64,000 bases of DNA, from the NCBI GenBank assembly GCA_025362315.1, contig JANYGP010000031.1, forward strand, positions 59,886 through 123,885. The letters run 5' to 3'. Source of the stretch: Polaromonas sp. GTDB lineage: Bacteria; Pseudomonadota; Gammaproteobacteria; Burkholderiales; Burkholderiaceae_C. A program made the position numbers and the translations under genes. Within the stretch, counting starts at the first letter, position 1, and the number at the start of each line of letters is the position of its first letter. Below are positions 1-12,623 of this stretch, one piece after another. Under the pieces are notes generated by a model. The model saw only the letters and a program-made list of their open reading frames with translations, searched no databases and was not told where the DNA came from.

Positions 1-1076
1 CACTGATCATGGCCGGCGGCACAGGTGGACATATTTTTCCGGGCTTGGCTGTTGCTGAGGCTCTGCGCGACAAAGGCTGGCGCGTGCACTGGCTGGGCGG
101 CAAGGGCAGTGCTGCCAGCCCCAGCATGGAAAGCCAGCTGGTGCCGCCAAAGGGCTTTGCATTTCACACCATCGACTTTTCAGGCGTGCGTGGCAAGGGC
201 GTTATCACGCTGGCTTTGCTGCCTGTCAGGTTGCTCAAGGCATTCTGGCAAAGCATTCAGGTAATTCGCAAAGTCAAGCCGCAAGTGGTGATCGGGCTGG
301 GTGGCTACATTGCTTTTCCTGCCGGCATGATGGCGGTTTTTTTGGGCAAACCACTGGTGCTGCATGAGCAAAATTCGGTTGCAGGTTTGGTCAACCGAGT
401 GCTGGCGCAGCTTGCAGACCGGGTGTTCACTGCATTTCCCGATGTGCTCAAAAATGCGCAATGGGTAGGCAACCCACTTCGACTTGCTTTTACACAACAG
501 CCAGAGCCTGAGCTTCGGTTTGCCAACCGGAGTGGGCCACTCCACGTGCTGGTGGTGGGGGGCAGTCTGGGTGCCAGGGCATTGAACACCATCGTGCCCC
601 AGGCGCTGGCTTTGATCCCTGCCCATGAGCGTCCCAGCGTGACGCACCAAAGCGGCAGCAAGCAAATAGAGGAGCTGCGTGCCAATTACACAGCTGTGGG
701 TGTTGATGCAAGCCTGACCCCATTTATTGACGACACAGCCACTGCATTTGCAAATGCTGACCTGATTGTTTGCAGGGCAGGTGCCAGCACAGTCACTGAG
801 ATCGCGGCGGTGGGCGCTGCTGCGCTGTTCATACCTTTTCCATCAGCTGTGGATGACCACCAAACCAGCAACGCCCGGTTTCTGGTGGCTCGTGGCGGTG
901 GCTGGCAAATGATGCAAAGTGAGCTCACACCCCATGCATTGGCGAGTATGCTACAAAAAACAGAGCGATTAGCGCTTTTAAACTGTGCGCGTGCAGCTAA
1001 AAAGATGCAAAAAACAGAAGCAACTGAATGCGTTGTCGCCGCCTGCGAAGAACTGGCTGGCAGGACCCGGGCATGA
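1..1076 (+). CDS. murG: Undecaprenyldiphospho-muramoylpentapeptide N-acetylglucosaminyltransferase MurG (5' end probably cut by window edge)
   Basis: (L)[40 protein letters not shown] motifs; dcw context. Confidence 0.97.
   Translation, partial: LIMAGGTGGHIFPGLAVAEALRDKGWRVHWLGGKGSAASPSMESQLVPPKGFAFHTIDFSGVRGKGVITLALLPVRLLKAFWQSIQVIRKVKPQVVIGLGGYIAFPAGMMAVFLGKPLVLHEQNSVAGLVNRVLAQLADRVFTAFPDVLKNAQWVGNPLRLAFTQQPEPELRFANRSGPLHVLVVGGSLGARALNTIVPQALALIPAHERPSVTHQSGSKQIEELRANYTAVGVDASLTPFIDDTATAFANADLIVCRAGASTVTEIAAVGAAALFIPFPSAVDDHQTSNARFLVARGGGWQMMQSELTPHALASMLQKTERLALLNCARAAKKMQKTEATECVVAACEELAGRTRA
949..1014 (+). repeat. 66-bp TGCTAT repeat, in-frame in murG C-terminus (degenerate)
   Basis: TGCTACAAAAAACAGAGC-GATTAGCGC...GCGC...AAAA. 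Confidence 0.55.
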
Positions 1077-2551
1077 AACACGCCATCAAAAATATCCATT
1101 TCATCGGCCTGGGCGGATCCGGTATGTCTGGCATTGCCGAGGTTTTGCACAACCTGGGATATGTGGTTTCTGGTTCAGATCTGGCAAACAGCAGCACCTT
1201 GCGGCGCCTGTCTGGCATGGGCATCAAAACCTTTGTCGGTCATGCCGCTGAAAATCTGACCAGCGCTGATGCTGTTGTGACATCAACTGCAGTCCAGGAC
1301 GACAACCCGGAGGTGCAGGCAGCACGAGACAAGAAAATCCCTGTGGTGCCACGCGCGCTGATGCTGGCTGAATTGATGCGGCTCAAGCAGGGCATTGCTG
1401 TGGCCGGCACGCACGGCAAAACAACCACAACCAGTCTGGTGGCCAGCATACTGGCCGAAGGTGGACTGGATCCAACTTACGTGATTGGGGGGCGCCTGAA
1501 CAGTCTTGGCGCCAACGCCAAACTGGGCTCGGGTGATTACATCGTGGTTGAAGCCGATGAATCTGATGCTTCGTTTTTAAACCTGCTACCTGTCATGGCA
1601 GTGGTGACCAATATCGATGCTGACCACATGGAAACTTATGGTCATGATTTTGGCAATCTGAAAAAAGCGTTTGTAGATTTTCTGCACCGCATGCCCTTTT
1701 ATGGCACGGCGATTTTGTGCACGGACGATGCGGCTGTGCAGAGCATCGTGCCCCAGGTCACCTGCCCAATCACCAGCTACGGCTTCAATGCCGAGGCTCA
1801 GGTTCGGGCCGTCAACGTGCGGCCTGTGGGCGTCCAGATGCACTTTACCGTGCAGCGTCACAACGGCGTGACCCTGCCTGACATGGACGTTGTCCTGAAT
1901 TTGCCGGGTGAGCACAATGTTCTGAATGCCCTGGCAGCCATCGCTGTGGCGGTTGAGTTGAACGTCAAGGATGCGGCTGTGCAGAAAGCACTTGCCGAGT
2001 TCAAAGGTGTTGGACGCCGCTTTCAGTGCTATGGTGACATGCCAGCCAAAACCGGCCCGGATGGCGTGGATGGCATGAGTGACCTGAGTGTTGAAAAGAG
2101 CGCCGTATTCACTGTGATTGAAGACTATGGCCACCACCCGGTTGAGATGGCTGCAACCCTTGCAGCGGCCCGTGGCGCGTTTCCTGGCAGGCGCCTGGTG
2201 CTGGCTTTTCAGCCGCATCGTTACACCCGCACGCGGGACTGTTTTGAGGACTTTGTCAAAGTGATGGGGCTGGCAGATGCGGTGCTTCTAGCAGAAGTTT
2301 ATGCCGCTGGCGAGGAGCCGATTGCACTGGCCGACGGCCGCTCTTTGACCCGTGCCTTGCGGGTTGCTGGCAAGGTAGAACCCATCTTCGTTGATGCCAT
2401 TGAAACCATGCCGCAGGCCATTGTTGACAACGCACAAGCCGGTGATGTGGTGCTCTGCATGGGCGCAGGCTCAATTGGCAGCGTGCCGCAGCAGATCTGG
2501 AGTATGCTACAAATAAATGAGCTGTCAGCGCCCGAAAGTAGGGCGCTATGA
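1073..2551 (+). CDS. murC: UDP-N-acetylmuramate--L-alanine ligase
   Basis: [39 protein letters not shown]; ATGA overlap with murG stop sets start at 1073. Confidence 0.97.
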   Translation: MKHAIKNIHFIGLGGSGMSGIAEVLHNLGYVVSGSDLANSSTLRRLSGMGIKTFVGHAAENLTSADAVVTSTAVQDDNPEVQAARDKKIPVVPRALMLAELMRLKQGIAVAGTHGKTTTTSLVASILAEGGLDPTYVIGGRLNSLGANAKLGSGDYIVVEADESDASFLNLLPVMAVVTNIDADHMETYGHDFGNLKKAFVDFLHRMPFYGTAILCTDDAAVQSIVPQVTCPITSYGFNAEAQVRAVNVRPVGVQMHFTVQRHNGVTLPDMDVVLNLPGEHNVLNALAAIAVAVELNVKDAAVQKALAEFKGVGRRFQCYGDMPAKTGPDGVDGMSDLSVEKSAVFTVIEDYGHHPVEMAATLAAARGAFPGRRLVLAFQPHRYTRTRDCFEDFVKVMGLADAVLLAEVYAAGEEPIALADGRSLTRALRVAGKVEPIFVDAIETMPQAIVDNAQAGDVVLCMGAGSIGSVPQQIWSMLQINELSAPESRAL

Positions 2552-2570
2552 GCCAAAACAACAATCAAAA
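2505..2570 (+). repeat. 66-bp TGCTAT repeat spanning the murC stop and ddl start
   Basis: TGCTACAAATAAATGAGC-TGTCAGCGCCC-GAAAGTA-GGGCGCTATGAG. Confidence 0.75.
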
Positions 2571-3537
2571 TAAAGATTCATTTGGAAAAGTGGCCGTGCT
2601 GATGGGTGGCCAGTCCGCTGAACGCGAAATTTCACTGATGTCCGGTAATGGCGTGTTGCAGGCCTTGCGCAGCAAGGGCGTGGATGCCCACCCGTTTGAT
2701 CCGTCCGAGCGCGGTTTGAATGAGCTTAAAGATCAAGGTTTTATCCGCTGCTTTATCGCCTTGCATGGCCGGTTTGGCGAAGACGGTACCGTGCAAGGCG
2801 CGCTTGAACTGTTGGGCATACCGTACACGGGCTCGGGAGTGATGGCCTCCAGCATAGCGATAGACAAGGTCATGACCAAGAGGGTGCTGTGTGCCGAGGC
2901 GCTTGCAACACCGGCGCATGTGCTTATCAGGCGAGGTGCTTACAACGCGCAATCTGTGAAATCCGCGGTGGAAAAACTGGGGTTGCCGCTGATTGTCAAG
3001 CCTGCCCGGGAAGGCTCGTCAATCGGCTTGACCAAGGTTACCGCAGCATCGCAAATGGCTGCAGCAGTTGAGCTGGCAGCGCAGCTTGATGCCGATATTT
3101 TGTGCGAGCAATTCATTGATGGTGACGAAGTGACGTGCCCTGTTCTGGGCACAGGCAGCCAGGCCAGAGCGCTGCCTATTATTCGCATTGCCGCCGAAGG
3201 CGGCAATTACGATTATCAGAACAAATATTTCACGGACACCACCCAGTATCTTGTGCCATGCGGTTTGCCTGAAGGCGAAGAGCAGCGCATTTCAGAGCTG
3301 GTTCTGAAAACTTACCGCGCGCTCGGCTGCCGCGGTTGGGCCCGTGCAGACGTCATGATCGACAAGACTACACGCCAGCCCTATGTGCTGGAAATCAACA
3401 CCTCGCCGGGCATGACCAGCCATTCACTGGTGCCCATGTCAGCTCGGGCAGTTGGAATGTCTTATGAAGATTTGTGCCTTGAAATATTGAGATCTGCTGC
3501 GCTCGACTACGAAAAAACGCCGGGAGCTGCAGCGTGA
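2548..3537 (+). CDS. ddl: D-alanine--D-alanine ligase
   Basis: [36 protein letters not shown]. Confidence 0.97.
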   Translation: MSQNNNQNKDSFGKVAVLMGGQSAEREISLMSGNGVLQALRSKGVDAHPFDPSERGLNELKDQGFIRCFIALHGRFGEDGTVQGALELLGIPYTGSGVMASSIAIDKVMTKRVLCAEALATPAHVLIRRGAYNAQSVKSAVEKLGLPLIVKPAREGSSIGLTKVTAASQMAAAVELAAQLDADILCEQFIDGDEVTCPVLGTGSQARALPIIRIAAEGGNYDYQNKYFTDTTQYLVPCGLPEGEEQRISELVLKTYRALGCRGWARADVMIDKTTRQPYVLEINTSPGMTSHSLVPMSARAVGMSYEDLCLEILRSAALDYEKTPGAAA

Positions 3538-4346
3538 GACGCAATCCTGCACTTTCTGCATCAGCCATGCCGCTGCCTGCAGATGTCCGGTTCATGAATG
3601 CAGTCACTGCTGCATTTGCGCTGGTATTTGCGCTGCTGTCGCTGGCGGTGCTGGTGTCCTGGCTGATGCGGCATCCGCTTTTTAACCTGGGTGCCATCGC
3701 TGTGCAGGGAGATGTCACCCACAACAATGCCGTGACTCTCCGGGCAAACGTGACGCCTCGTCTGGCGGGCAACTTTTTCACCGTCAATCTTGCTCAGACC
3801 CGCGCAGTTTTTGAGTCGGTTCCGTGGGTGCGCAGGGCCACGATACAGCGTCAGTTTCCGAACCGGCTGAAGGTAGTGCTCCAGGAACATCAGGCAGTTG
3901 CTTTCTGGGGGCCTGAGGGCGACACACGGCTGGTCAACAATTTTGGTGAAATATTTGAGGCCAATCAGGCAGAAGTCGATGCCACCGACTTGCCGCAGCT
4001 CAATGGCCCGGTGGGTCAGGCGCCCCTGGTACTCGATGCTTACCGGCTGCTATCTGCCCAGTTTGAAAAACTGGACATGACCATTGAGCGGCTGGAGCTG
4101 ACCGGGCAGGGGAGCTGGCGTGCTGTTTTTGAAAACGGCGCTGCTGTGGAAATTGGTCACGGGTCACTGGCTGAAATTGACAGTCGGGCGCAGCGCTTTG
4201 TGGCCACTTTGACCCAAATATCAGCACGTTATGGCAGGGACCTGGAATCCGCTGATCTGCGGTACAGCAACGGTTACGCATTGAAGTTGAAAGGCGTTAC
4301 CACGCTGGACCCCAGTGACAAAAACGATAAATCAGTAAAGAGGTAA
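3534..4346 (+). CDS. ftsQ: Cell division protein FtsQ/DivIB
   Basis: N-terminal TM, POTRA-like PWV..A...R.FP..L, DLRY near C-terminus; between ddl and ftsA. Confidence 0.93.
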   Translation: MRRNPALSASAMPLPADVRFMNAVTAAFALVFALLSLAVLVSWLMRHPLFNLGAIAVQGDVTHNNAVTLRANVTPRLAGNFFTVNLAQTRAVFESVPWVRRATIQRQFPNRLKVVLQEHQAVAFWGPEGDTRLVNNFGEIFEANQAEVDATDLPQLNGPVGQAPLVLDAYRLLSAQFEKLDMTIERLELTGQGSWRAVFENGAAVEIGHGSLAEIDSRAQRFVATLTQISARYGRDLESADLRYSNGYALKLKGVTTLDPSDKNDKSVKR

Positions 4347-4351
4347 AGCTT

Positions 4352-5581
4352 GTGGCCAAAGAATACAAAGACTTGGTGGTGGGGCTGGACATTGGGACCA
4401 GCAAGGTCATGGTGGTCGTCGCTGAAGTCATGCCGGGCGGCGAGCTGAAACTGGCCGGCCTGGGCATTGCTGCCAGCAACGGCCTTAAGCGTGGTGTGGT
4501 GGTCAACATTGATGCAACGGTGCAAAGCATTCAGCAAGCTTTGAAAGAAGCCGAACTGATGGCTGATTGCAAAATTTCCCGGGTCTACACCGGCATCACT
4601 GGCAGTCACATTCGCGGCATCAATTCAAGCGGCATGGTGGCAGTCAAGGACAAGGAAGTCACCCAGGCAGATGTGGCCCGCGTGATTGAGACAGCCAAGG
4701 CCATCAATATTTCAACCGATCAGCGTTTGCTGCTGGTGGAGCCGCAAGAGTTTGTGATTGACGGGCAGGACGTCAAGGAACCCATTGGCATGAGCGGCAT
4801 CCGGCTGGAGGCCAAAGTCCACATCGTGACCGGCGCACAAAGCGCGGCTGAAAACATCATCAAATGTGTGCGCCGCTGCGGCCTGGAAGTTGACCAGCTG
4901 ATGCTGAACCCACTGGCGTCCAGCCTGGCCGTGCTGACGCAGGACGAGCAGGAACTTGGCGTTGCCATGGTGGACATGGGCGCTGGCACCACCGATGTTG
5001 CCATTTTTACCGGCGGCGCGATTCGCCACACAGCAGTCATTCCCATAGCAGGCGACCTGATCACCAGCGACATTGCCATGGCACTGCGCACGCCGACCAA
5101 GGACGCAGAAGACATCAAGGTGGAAAGCGGCTGCGCCAAGCAGTTGCTGGCTGACCCGGACACGCAGGTTGAAGTGCCGGGCCTGGGTGACCGTGCGCCA
5201 CGCATGCTGAGCAAGCAGGCACTTGCTGGCGTGATTGAGCCGCGCATTGAAGAGATTTTTTCATTGGTCCAGCAGGTCATTCGCGAGTCTGGCTACGAAG
5301 AAGTTTTGTCCTCCGGCATTGTGCTGACGGGCGGCAGCGCCGTCATGCCAGGCATGGTCGAGCTGGGCGAGGACATATTTTTAAAGCCAGTGCGGCGCGG
5401 TATCCCGCGTTACTCCAGCTCGCTGTACGACATGGTGGCGCAGGCCAGGGCAGCCACCGTGATGGGCCTGCTGGAAGAGGCCCGGCTGGGGCGGATGCGG
5501 GGCTACAAGGTGTCGCAAAAAGCAGGCAGCGTGCACAACGCATTTGGCCGGGTCAAAGACTGGTTTGTGGGGAACTTTTGA
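4352..5581 (+). CDS. ftsA: Cell division protein FtsA
   Basis: VGLDIGTSKV, VDMGAGTTD, VLTGGSA actin-like ATPase motifs. Confidence 0.97.
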   Translation: MAKEYKDLVVGLDIGTSKVMVVVAEVMPGGELKLAGLGIAASNGLKRGVVVNIDATVQSIQQALKEAELMADCKISRVYTGITGSHIRGINSSGMVAVKDKEVTQADVARVIETAKAINISTDQRLLLVEPQEFVIDGQDVKEPIGMSGIRLEAKVHIVTGAQSAAENIIKCVRRCGLEVDQLMLNPLASSLAVLTQDEQELGVAMVDMGAGTTDVAIFTGGAIRHTAVIPIAGDLITSDIAMALRTPTKDAEDIKVESGCAKQLLADPDTQVEVPGLGDRAPRMLSKQALAGVIEPRIEEIFSLVQQVIRESGYEEVLSSGIVLTGGSAVMPGMVELGEDIFLKPVRRGIPRYSSSLYDMVAQARAATVMGLLEEARLGRMRGYKVSQKAGSVHNAFGRVKDWFVGNF

Positions 5582-5723
5582 TGCAGCCCCTCACCGTTTT
5601 TAACCCTTCTGCTAATCCACACACAAGGTCAGGAGGCGCAGATCCGCCCTCATAAAACCCCGATTAAATTTTTGTCACTATTTTTAACGTTACATCACCA
5701 ACCAACCCAACAGGAGAGTCACC

Positions 5724-6968
5724 ATGAGCATAGAAATGATCGAAATTCAGGAATTTAACCAAGGCACACAAATCAAGGTGATTGGTGTCGGCGGCGGCGG
5801 CGGCAACGCGGTTGACCACATGATTGCCAGCGGCGTGCAAGGCGTTGAATTCATTTGCGCCAACACCGATGCGCAGGCACTGATCCGGGGCAGCGCCAAC
5901 AAGACCATCCAGCTGGGCGCAAGTGGTCTGGGCGCGGGCAGCAAACCTGAAAAAGGGCGCGACGCAGCGGAGCTGGCCGTTGAAGACATCCGCAGCGCCA
6001 TTGATGGTGCGCACATGCTGTTCATCACAGCTGGCATGGGCGGCGGCACCGGCACCGGCGCTGCGCCAGTCATTGCCCGCATTGCCAAGGAAATGGGCAT
6101 TTTGACGGTGGGTGTGGTGACCAAGCCGTTTGAGTTTGAAGGCGGCCGGCGCATGACCAATGCAGACCTGGGCCTGGCTGAGCTGGAAGCCAACGTTGAT
6201 TCGCTGATTGTGGTGCTCAATGAAAAACTGCTCGAAGTTTTAGGCGATGAAGTCACGCAGGATGAAGCCTTTGCCCACGCCAACGACGTGCTGAAAAACG
6301 CTGTGGGCGGCATTGCCGAGATCATCAATGAGTACGGCAACGTCAACGTCGACTTTGAAGACGTGCGCACCGTGATGGGCGAGCCGGGCAAAGCCATGAT
6401 GGGCACCGCAGTGGCCAACGGCCCGGACCGCGCGCGCATTGCGGCTGAACAGGCCGTGGCCTGCCCGCTGCTCGAAGGCATCGACCTGTCAGGTGCCAAG
6501 GGCGTGCTGGTGCTGGTCACAGCGGCCAAAGGCTCGCTCAAACTGAGCGAATCCAAACTCGCCATGAACACCATCCGTGCTTATGCATCGGCTGATGCGC
6601 ATGTCATCTACGGCGCGGCTTATGACGACAAGCTGGGCGACGACATCCGCGTGACCGTGGTGGCCACCGGATTAAGCCGCCAGGGCGCACGCCGCCACGC
6701 GCCGCCGCTGCAGGTGCTGCGCACCGGCACTGACAATGTGCCGTTCAATGTCCCCACGCTGAGCTCAGTAGCAGGAATAAATGCAATGGGCAGTAGCGGG
6801 CATGGACACTCTGGCATGGGCGCTGCGCAACCCGACTACGGCAACATGGCCGTGCCAAGCGTGTGGCGTACCAACCGCACACAGGCTGCAGCCAAGGTGG
6901 ATGCACTGGCATCGGGCGGCATGGACGATTTCGAAATCCCTGCATTCCTGCGCAAACAGGCCGACTGA
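5724..6968 (+). CDS. ftsZ: Cell division protein FtsZ
   Basis: [19 protein letters not shown] tubulin signature, C-terminal [10 protein letters not shown]. Confidence 0.99.
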   Translation: MSIEMIEIQEFNQGTQIKVIGVGGGGGNAVDHMIASGVQGVEFICANTDAQALIRGSANKTIQLGASGLGAGSKPEKGRDAAELAVEDIRSAIDGAHMLFITAGMGGGTGTGAAPVIARIAKEMGILTVGVVTKPFEFEGGRRMTNADLGLAELEANVDSLIVVLNEKLLEVLGDEVTQDEAFAHANDVLKNAVGGIAEIINEYGNVNVDFEDVRTVMGEPGKAMMGTAVANGPDRARIAAEQAVACPLLEGIDLSGAKGVLVLVTAAKGSLKLSESKLAMNTIRAYASADAHVIYGAAYDDKLGDDIRVTVVATGLSRQGARRHAPPLQVLRTGTDNVPFNVPTLSSVAGINAMGSSGHGHSGMGAAQPDYGNMAVPSVWRTNRTQAAAKVDALASGGMDDFEIPAFLRKQAD

Positions 6969-6973
6969 AAGCA

Positions 6974-7003
6974 CATGCGCCTGCCGGGTCAGGCAGGCGC
7001 ATG
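6974..7003. other. Perfect 12-bp GC-rich hairpin after ftsZ (no U-tract)
   Basis: catgcgcctgcc-gggtca-ggcaggcgcatg. Confidence 0.6.
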
Positions 7004-7039
7004 CAGGCTGGATTGAAAGCTCACAGGGATAATGACGCG

Positions 7040-8242
7040 ATGAGCGAAATCAGATCCAGGCAAGGTATCAAACAGCGTGTTGTCGTTGGCTTGAGTGGCG
7101 GGGTTGACTCTGCAGTAACTGCTTACTTGCTCAAGCAGCAAGGGCATGAGGTGATCGGCATCTTCATGAAAAACTGGGAGGATGATGACCGACCCCCAGG
7201 TTCAGGCGACGACAGCAATGAATATTGCTCGTCCAATGTTGATTTTGTCGACGCTGCCGCCGTGGCTGATGTACTGGGCATTGACATTGAGCATGTCAAT
7301 TTTGCAGCGGACTACAAAGACCGCGTGTTTGCGGAGTTCCTGCGTGAATACCAGGCTGGCCGAACACCCAACCCGGATATTTTGTGCAATGCAGAAATCA
7401 AGTTCAAGGCTTTTTTGGACCATGCGATGCGCCTGGGTGCGTCCAGCATTGCGACTGGGCATTACGCACGGGTTCGCCGCAACACATCCACCCATCTTTT
7501 TGAACTGCTCAAAGGTGTGGACCCTGCCAAGGACCAAAGTTATTTTTTGCACCGCCTGAACCAGGCGCAGTTGGCGAAAACCATGTTTCCTGTCGGTGAA
7601 TTGAAGAAAACAGAAGTCCGCCGGATTGCAGACGAAATTGGCTTACCCAATGCCAAAAAAAAGGATTCCACCGGCATCTGCTTTATTGGCGAACGCCCGT
7701 TTCGTGATTTTTTAAACCGCTACATCGCCAAAGAAGCAGGGCTGATCAAAAGCGACTCTGGCCGCGTGATTGGCGAGCATGTGGGCTTGAGCTTTTACAC
7801 GCTGGGCCAACGCGCCGGGCTGGGCATAGGCGGCGTCAAAGCCCGTGGCGCTGACCTGAAAGCCGTTCAGGCACTGGGCCAGCGTGGTGCTGGCGTGCAC
7901 GCGCCGTGGTTTGTTGCCCGCAAAGACATGGCCACCAACACCCTGTGGGCAGTGCAGGGCCACGACCACCCGTGGCTGCAATCCACGCAGCTGGCGGCGC
8001 TGGACTGCAGCTGGGTGTCTGGCAGTGCGCCTGATGTGGGGCAGCTGGCTGCCAAAACGCGCTACCGCCAGGTCGATGCGCCATGTCATGTGCTCAGCAG
8101 CAGTGCTGGCAGCTGCGAGCTTGAATTTGCCGCTGCTCAATGGGCTGTCACGCCCGGCCAGTCGGCGGTTTTGTATGACGGCGATGTCTGCCTGGGTGGC
8201 GGCGTGATCGAGGCCAGCAATGTGCAAAACACCGCAAAATAG
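7040..8242 (+). CDS. mnmA: tRNA 2-thiouridine(34) synthase
   Basis: [39 protein letters not shown]; start taken at MSEIRS. Confidence 0.97.
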   Translation: MSEIRSRQGIKQRVVVGLSGGVDSAVTAYLLKQQGHEVIGIFMKNWEDDDRPPGSGDDSNEYCSSNVDFVDAAAVADVLGIDIEHVNFAADYKDRVFAEFLREYQAGRTPNPDILCNAEIKFKAFLDHAMRLGASSIATGHYARVRRNTSTHLFELLKGVDPAKDQSYFLHRLNQAQLAKTMFPVGELKKTEVRRIADEIGLPNAKKKDSTGICFIGERPFRDFLNRYIAKEAGLIKSDSGRVIGEHVGLSFYTLGQRAGLGIGGVKARGADLKAVQALGQRGAGVHAPWFVARKDMATNTLWAVQGHDHPWLQSTQLAALDCSWVSGSAPDVGQLAAKTRYRQVDAPCHVLSSSAGSCELEFAAAQWAVTPGQSAVLYDGDVCLGGGVIEASNVQNTAK

Positions 8243-8263
8243 TTGCAGTTTTGCTTGACCGTG

Positions 8264-8329
8264 TTTTATATGCATTTTATACGTATAGCGCCCATATAAT
8301 GGGCGCTACCAGCTCCTTAATCAATAGCA
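8264..8329 (-). repeat. 66-bp TGCTAT repeat, intergenic mnmA-valS
   Basis: rc TGCTATTGATTAAGGAGC-TGGTAGCGCCC-ATTATAT-GGGCGCTA. Confidence 0.85.
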
Positions 8330-8414
8330 AACGGCATTGACATGACTGTCGAATAAAATCGAGAAATTTCCAACCTGACCAGCGGCATCCATGGATGCCG
8401 TTTTTTACTTCACG

Positions 8415-11324
8415 ATGACCACACCACCTGAATCCAATGTGACCGCGCTGCCTGGCCCCCCAACCCCTGGCCTGGACAACCTGGCCAAGTCGTTTGAACC
8501 TGCCGCGATTGAGGCGCATTTTGGCCCGCTGTGGGAGCAAAGCGGCATGTACGAGCCGACGCTTGACTCTGGCAAGCCATCGTTCAGTATTCAGCTACCG
8601 CCGCCCAACGTCACGGGCACGCTGCACATGGGCCATGCGTTCAACCAGACCATCATGGACAGCTTGACGCGCTACCACCGCATGCGTGGCCATAACACGC
8701 TGTGGGTGCCGGGTACGGACCACGCAGGCATTGCGACGCAGATTGTGGTGGAGCGCAAGCTGCAGGCAGCCGGCCAAACGCGCCACGATTTGGGGCGCAA
8801 GAATTTTGTGGCCAAGGTGTGGGAGTGGAAGGAAGAATCTGGCGCCACCATTACCCAACAGATGCGCCGGATGGGCGATTCGGTGGCGTGGAAGCACGAG
8901 TACTTCACGATGGACCCAAAGATGTCGACCGTGGTCACGTCGACATTTGTGAAGCTGTACGAACAGGGCCTGATTTACCGCGGCAAGCGGCTGGTCAATT
9001 GGGACCCGGTGCTTAAATCAGCAGTGAGTGATCTGGAAGTAGAAAGCGAAGAACGCGACAGCTTCATGTGGCACATTGAATATCCGTTTTCAGATGGCCC
9101 GCAAACAGGTGCAGACGGCAACCCGATGCGCGGCATGCACATTGCCACCACCCGCCCCGAAACCATGCTGGCCGACGGCGCGCTGGCCGTGCATCCCGAC
9201 GATGCGCGTTACCAGCATTTGATTGGCAAGATGGTTGATTTGCCGCTGTGCGACCGGGCGATTCCGGTGATTGCAGACACGTACGTCGATCCGGCTTTTG
9301 GCAGCGGCTGCGTGAAGATCACTGGCGCGCACGACTTCAACGACTACCAGGTGGCGCAGCGGCATGACCTGCCCTTGATCACCATCTTCACACTCGACGC
9401 GAAAATCAATGAAAACGGCCCTGCACAGTACCAGGGCATGGACCGGTATGTCTGCCGCAAGGCAGTGCTGAAAGACCTTGAAGCGCAAGGATTTTTAGAA
9501 AAAGCCGTGCCGCATAAAAACATGGTGCCAGTGTGCGCAAGGACTGGCGCTGTGGTTGAGCCGATGTTGACCGACCAGTGGTTTGTGGCATTAAGCAAAG
9601 TCTCAGAAACTGACCCGACGGGCAAATCAATCTCACAAAAAGCGCGCGATGCTGTGGCCAACGGCGACGTCAAGTTTGTGCCCGAGCAATGGGTCAACAC
9701 CTACAACCAGTGGATGAACAACATCCAGGACTGGTGCATTTCACGCCAGCTGTGGTGGGGCCACCAGATCCCAGCCTGGTATGACGAAGACGGCAAAGTC
9801 TATGTGGCTGAAAATGAAGCCGTTGCGCAACTGCAGGCTCCGGGCAAAAAGCTCACGCGCGATGAGGATGTTTTGGACACGTGGTATTCGTCAGCACTTG
9901 TCCCCTTCTCGTCCATGGGCTGGCCTGAGAAAACAAAAGAACTTGATCTGTTTTTGCCTTCAAGTGTTCTGGTCACAGGCTACGACATCATCTTTTTCTG
10001 GGTCGCCAGGATGATCATGATGACGACGCACTTTACGGGCAAGGTTCCGTTCAAACACGTGTACATCCACGGGCTGGTCAAGGACGCGCAGGGCAAGAAG
10101 ATGAGCAAGTCCGAGGGCAATGTGCTCGACCCGGTGGATTTGATTGACGGGATCGAGCTGGCCCCACTGCTGGATAAACGCTCGCAAGGCCTGCGCAAGC
10201 CCGAGACTGCGCCACAGGTGCGCAAACTGACTGAAAAAGAATTCCCTGCTGGCATTCCCGGCTATGGCGCGGATGCATTGCGGTTTACCTTTGCGTCGCT
10301 GGCCAGCCTGGGCCGCAGCATTAACTTCGACAGCAAACGCTGCGAGGGCTACCGCAACTTTTGCAACAAGCTCTGGAATGCGACGCGCTTTACGCTGATG
10401 AACTGCGAAGGCCAGGATTGTGGGCTGGCTGACCACACCAAAGAGCAGTGCCAGCCCGGTGGGCAGTTCCACAACTACATGAGCTTTTCACAAGCTGACC
10501 GGTGGATCGCATCGACGCTGCAGCGTGTAGAAGCTGACGTTGCAAAGGGCTTTGAAGATTACCGTCTGGACAACGTAGCCGGCAGCATTTACCAGTTTGT
10601 CTGGAACGACTTTTGCGACTGGTATCTGGAAATTGCCAAAGTGCAAATCCAGTTAGGGGACGACGCTCAAAAACGTGCCACACGCCGCACCCTGATCCGC
10701 ACACTGGAGGCCATCTTGCGCCTGGCGCATCCGGTGATTCCGTTCATCACTGAAGCCTTGTGGCAGCAGGTCAGTGTTATCGCAGGTGTGCACAAGGCCA
10801 CTTACATCGGCCAGGCTGCGTATCCACAAAGCCAGCCGAACAAGATTGACGAATCTGCAGAGGCGCATGTGGCCAAGCTCAAAAAATGGGTTGATGCCAC
10901 ACGTGAATTGCGCGGTGAAATGAAAGTGTCACCTGCCGTGCGGCTGCCCTTGTTTGTCGTGGGTGATGCCGAGTTCATAGCGCAGTCAGGTGCTGTGATC
11001 AAAGCGCTTGCCAAACTCAGCGAAGTCACGGTGTTTGACAGTGAAGCAGAGTGGGCACTGGCGGCCCAGGCTGCACCTGTGGCGTTGGTAGGCCAGGCAA
11101 AGATTTGCCTGTTCATGGCGGTTGATGTTGCAGCTGAAAAGCTGCGTCTGACCAAAGAAGTCATCCGCCTGGAAGGCGAGCTGATCAAGGTGCAAACCAA
11201 GCTGGCCAACGATGCGTTTGTCAGCAAGGTGCCGCCAGCAGTGCTCGCGCAGGAGCGCCAGCGCCTGGCCGACTACACGGCCACCCTGGACAAATTGCGC
11301 GAACAAATCCTTCGTCTGGTGTAG
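8415..11324 (+). CDS. valS: Valine--tRNA ligase
   Basis: [31 protein letters not shown]-terminal coiled coil; start may be 8391. Confidence 0.98.
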   Translation: MTTPPESNVTALPGPPTPGLDNLAKSFEPAAIEAHFGPLWEQSGMYEPTLDSGKPSFSIQLPPPNVTGTLHMGHAFNQTIMDSLTRYHRMRGHNTLWVPGTDHAGIATQIVVERKLQAAGQTRHDLGRKNFVAKVWEWKEESGATITQQMRRMGDSVAWKHEYFTMDPKMSTVVTSTFVKLYEQGLIYRGKRLVNWDPVLKSAVSDLEVESEERDSFMWHIEYPFSDGPQTGADGNPMRGMHIATTRPETMLADGALAVHPDDARYQHLIGKMVDLPLCDRAIPVIADTYVDPAFGSGCVKITGAHDFNDYQVAQRHDLPLITIFTLDAKINENGPAQYQGMDRYVCRKAVLKDLEAQGFLEKAVPHKNMVPVCARTGAVVEPMLTDQWFVALSKVSETDPTGKSISQKARDAVANGDVKFVPEQWVNTYNQWMNNIQDWCISRQLWWGHQIPAWYDEDGKVYVAENEAVAQLQAPGKKLTRDEDVLDTWYSSALVPFSSMGWPEKTKELDLFLPSSVLVTGYDIIFFWVARMIMMTTHFTGKVPFKHVYIHGLVKDAQGKKMSKSEGNVLDPVDLIDGIELAPLLDKRSQGLRKPETAPQVRKLTEKEFPAGIPGYGADALRFTFASLASLGRSINFDSKRCEGYRNFCNKLWNATRFTLMNCEGQDCGLADHTKEQCQPGGQFHNYMSFSQADRWIASTLQRVEADVAKGFEDYRLDNVAGSIYQFVWNDFCDWYLEIAKVQIQLGDDAQKRATRRTLIRTLEAILRLAHPVIPFITEALWQQVSVIAGVHKATYIGQAAYPQSQPNKIDESAEAHVAKLKKWVDATRELRGEMKVSPAVRLPLFVVGDAEFIAQSGAVIKALAKLSEVTVFDSEAEWALAAQAAPVALVGQAKICLFMAVDVAAEKLRLTKEVIRLEGELIKVQTKLANDAFVSKVPPAVLAQERQRLADYTATLDKLREQILRLV

Positions 11325-11443
11325 CAACAAGCCCATCATTTCATCACACAATGCGCAGCTTTCTGTCACGGGGTGGGCAAACTGACCGACAGCAAACCTG
11401 CAAAAAGACTGCAACACTTTAGGCTTAACTTACCTGAGAGCTT

Positions 11444-12358
11444 ATGGAACATTTCACTTCACTTAGAAAAGCAGTTTTTCCGGTAGCTGGCCTTGGCACG
11501 CGCTTTTTGCCAGCTACCAAAGCGCAGCCAAAAGAGATGCTGCCCGTGGTGGACAAGCCCCTGATCCAATACGCAGTGGAAGAAGCCTACGCAGCGGGCA
11601 TTCGGCACATGATTTTTGTCACCGGCCGCAGCAAGCGCGCCATTGAAGACCACTTTGACACGGCTTACGAGCTGGAAAATGAGCTGGAAGTGGCGGGCAA
11701 GCTGCAATTGCTGGCAGTGGTGCGATCCGTGCAACCCTCAGACATGGATTTTTCATACGTGCGCCAGCCGCGGTCTCTGGGCCTGGGGCATGCGGTGTTG
11801 TGTGCCGAGCATCTGGTCGGCAATGAACCGTTTGCGGTGTTGCTGGCCGATGACCTGATGGTGGGCCCTGACGTGAGTCCGGATACAGGTATCAGGGCGG
11901 GGCAGCCCGTCATGGCGCAGATGGCCGAGCAGTTTGCGGTGCTGGGTCGTTCTGTCCTGGCGGTACAGGAAGTGCCAGCTGAGCAAACCCGTCGCTACGG
12001 CATCGTGGCGGGCGAAAAAACAGGTGAGCGTTTGATGAAAGTCAGCGCCATGGTGGAAAAGCCGGCACCTGAAGTTGCGCCATCGCGCATGGCAGTGGCA
12101 GGCCGGTATATTTTGACGCCAGCTGTTTTTGAGCACATTCGCAACCAGAAGCCGGGCGTGGGCGGTGAGTTGCAGCTGACCGACGGCATTGCCAGTTTAA
12201 TGACCAAAGAAGCTGTTTACGCCTATGAATATTACGGTAAGCGCTACGATTGTGGTAGCAAGGAAGGATTTTTGGAGGCAACGGTTGAACTGGCCATGCA
12301 GCACGCGGAAGTCGGTGTTCACTTTAAAAATTATCTTAAAAATTTAAAGCTTGACTGA
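11444..12358 (+). CDS. galU: UTP--glucose-1-phosphate uridylyltransferase
   Basis: [36 protein letters not shown]. Confidence 0.96.
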   Translation: MEHFTSLRKAVFPVAGLGTRFLPATKAQPKEMLPVVDKPLIQYAVEEAYAAGIRHMIFVTGRSKRAIEDHFDTAYELENELEVAGKLQLLAVVRSVQPSDMDFSYVRQPRSLGLGHAVLCAEHLVGNEPFAVLLADDLMVGPDVSPDTGIRAGQPVMAQMAEQFAVLGRSVLAVQEVPAEQTRRYGIVAGEKTGERLMKVSAMVEKPAPEVAPSRMAVAGRYILTPAVFEHIRNQKPGVGGELQLTDGIASLMTKEAVYAYEYYGKRYDCGSKEGFLEATVELAMQHAEVGVHFKNYLKNLKLD

Positions 12359-12372
12359 ACTGGCAAACGCTT

Positions 12373-12600
12373 TTAACGGCGCTTCAGCACATGTATGTAG
12401 TCATTGCCAGCAGCACTTTGCTCAACCAGATCATTCCCGGTCTGTCTGGCAAATGCCATGAAGTCGCGGGTAGAGCCGGCATCGGTGGACACCACCTTCA
12501 GCAGTTGACCGCTGGTCATCGCGGCCAGGGCTTTTTTGGCTTTCAAAATGGGCAACGGGCAGTTCAGGCCGCGGGTGTCGAGTTCTTTGTCAATGTGCAT
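12373..12600 (-). CDS. TusA/SirA-family sulfurtransferase
   Basis: LDTRGLNCPLP CPxP motif, 75 aa. Confidence 0.9.
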   Translation of the reverse strand: MHIDKELDTRGLNCPLPILKAKKALAAMTSGQLLKVVSTDAGSTRDFMAFARQTGNDLVEQSAAGNDYIHVLKRR

Positions 12601-12623
12601 CGTGATCTTTCAGAAACGTGATT

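Noticed and set aside
2548-2551. Absence of murB between murC and ddl
   Set aside because: murC-ddl adjacency is a common arrangement in beta/gamma-proteobacteria.
6863-7039. Long N-terminal extensions given by the ORF track (mnmA, also murC, the 25657 reductase, coq7, DUF3047-2, hexR2)
   Set aside because: They overlap neighbouring genes or repeats; family homology starts at downstream start codons.
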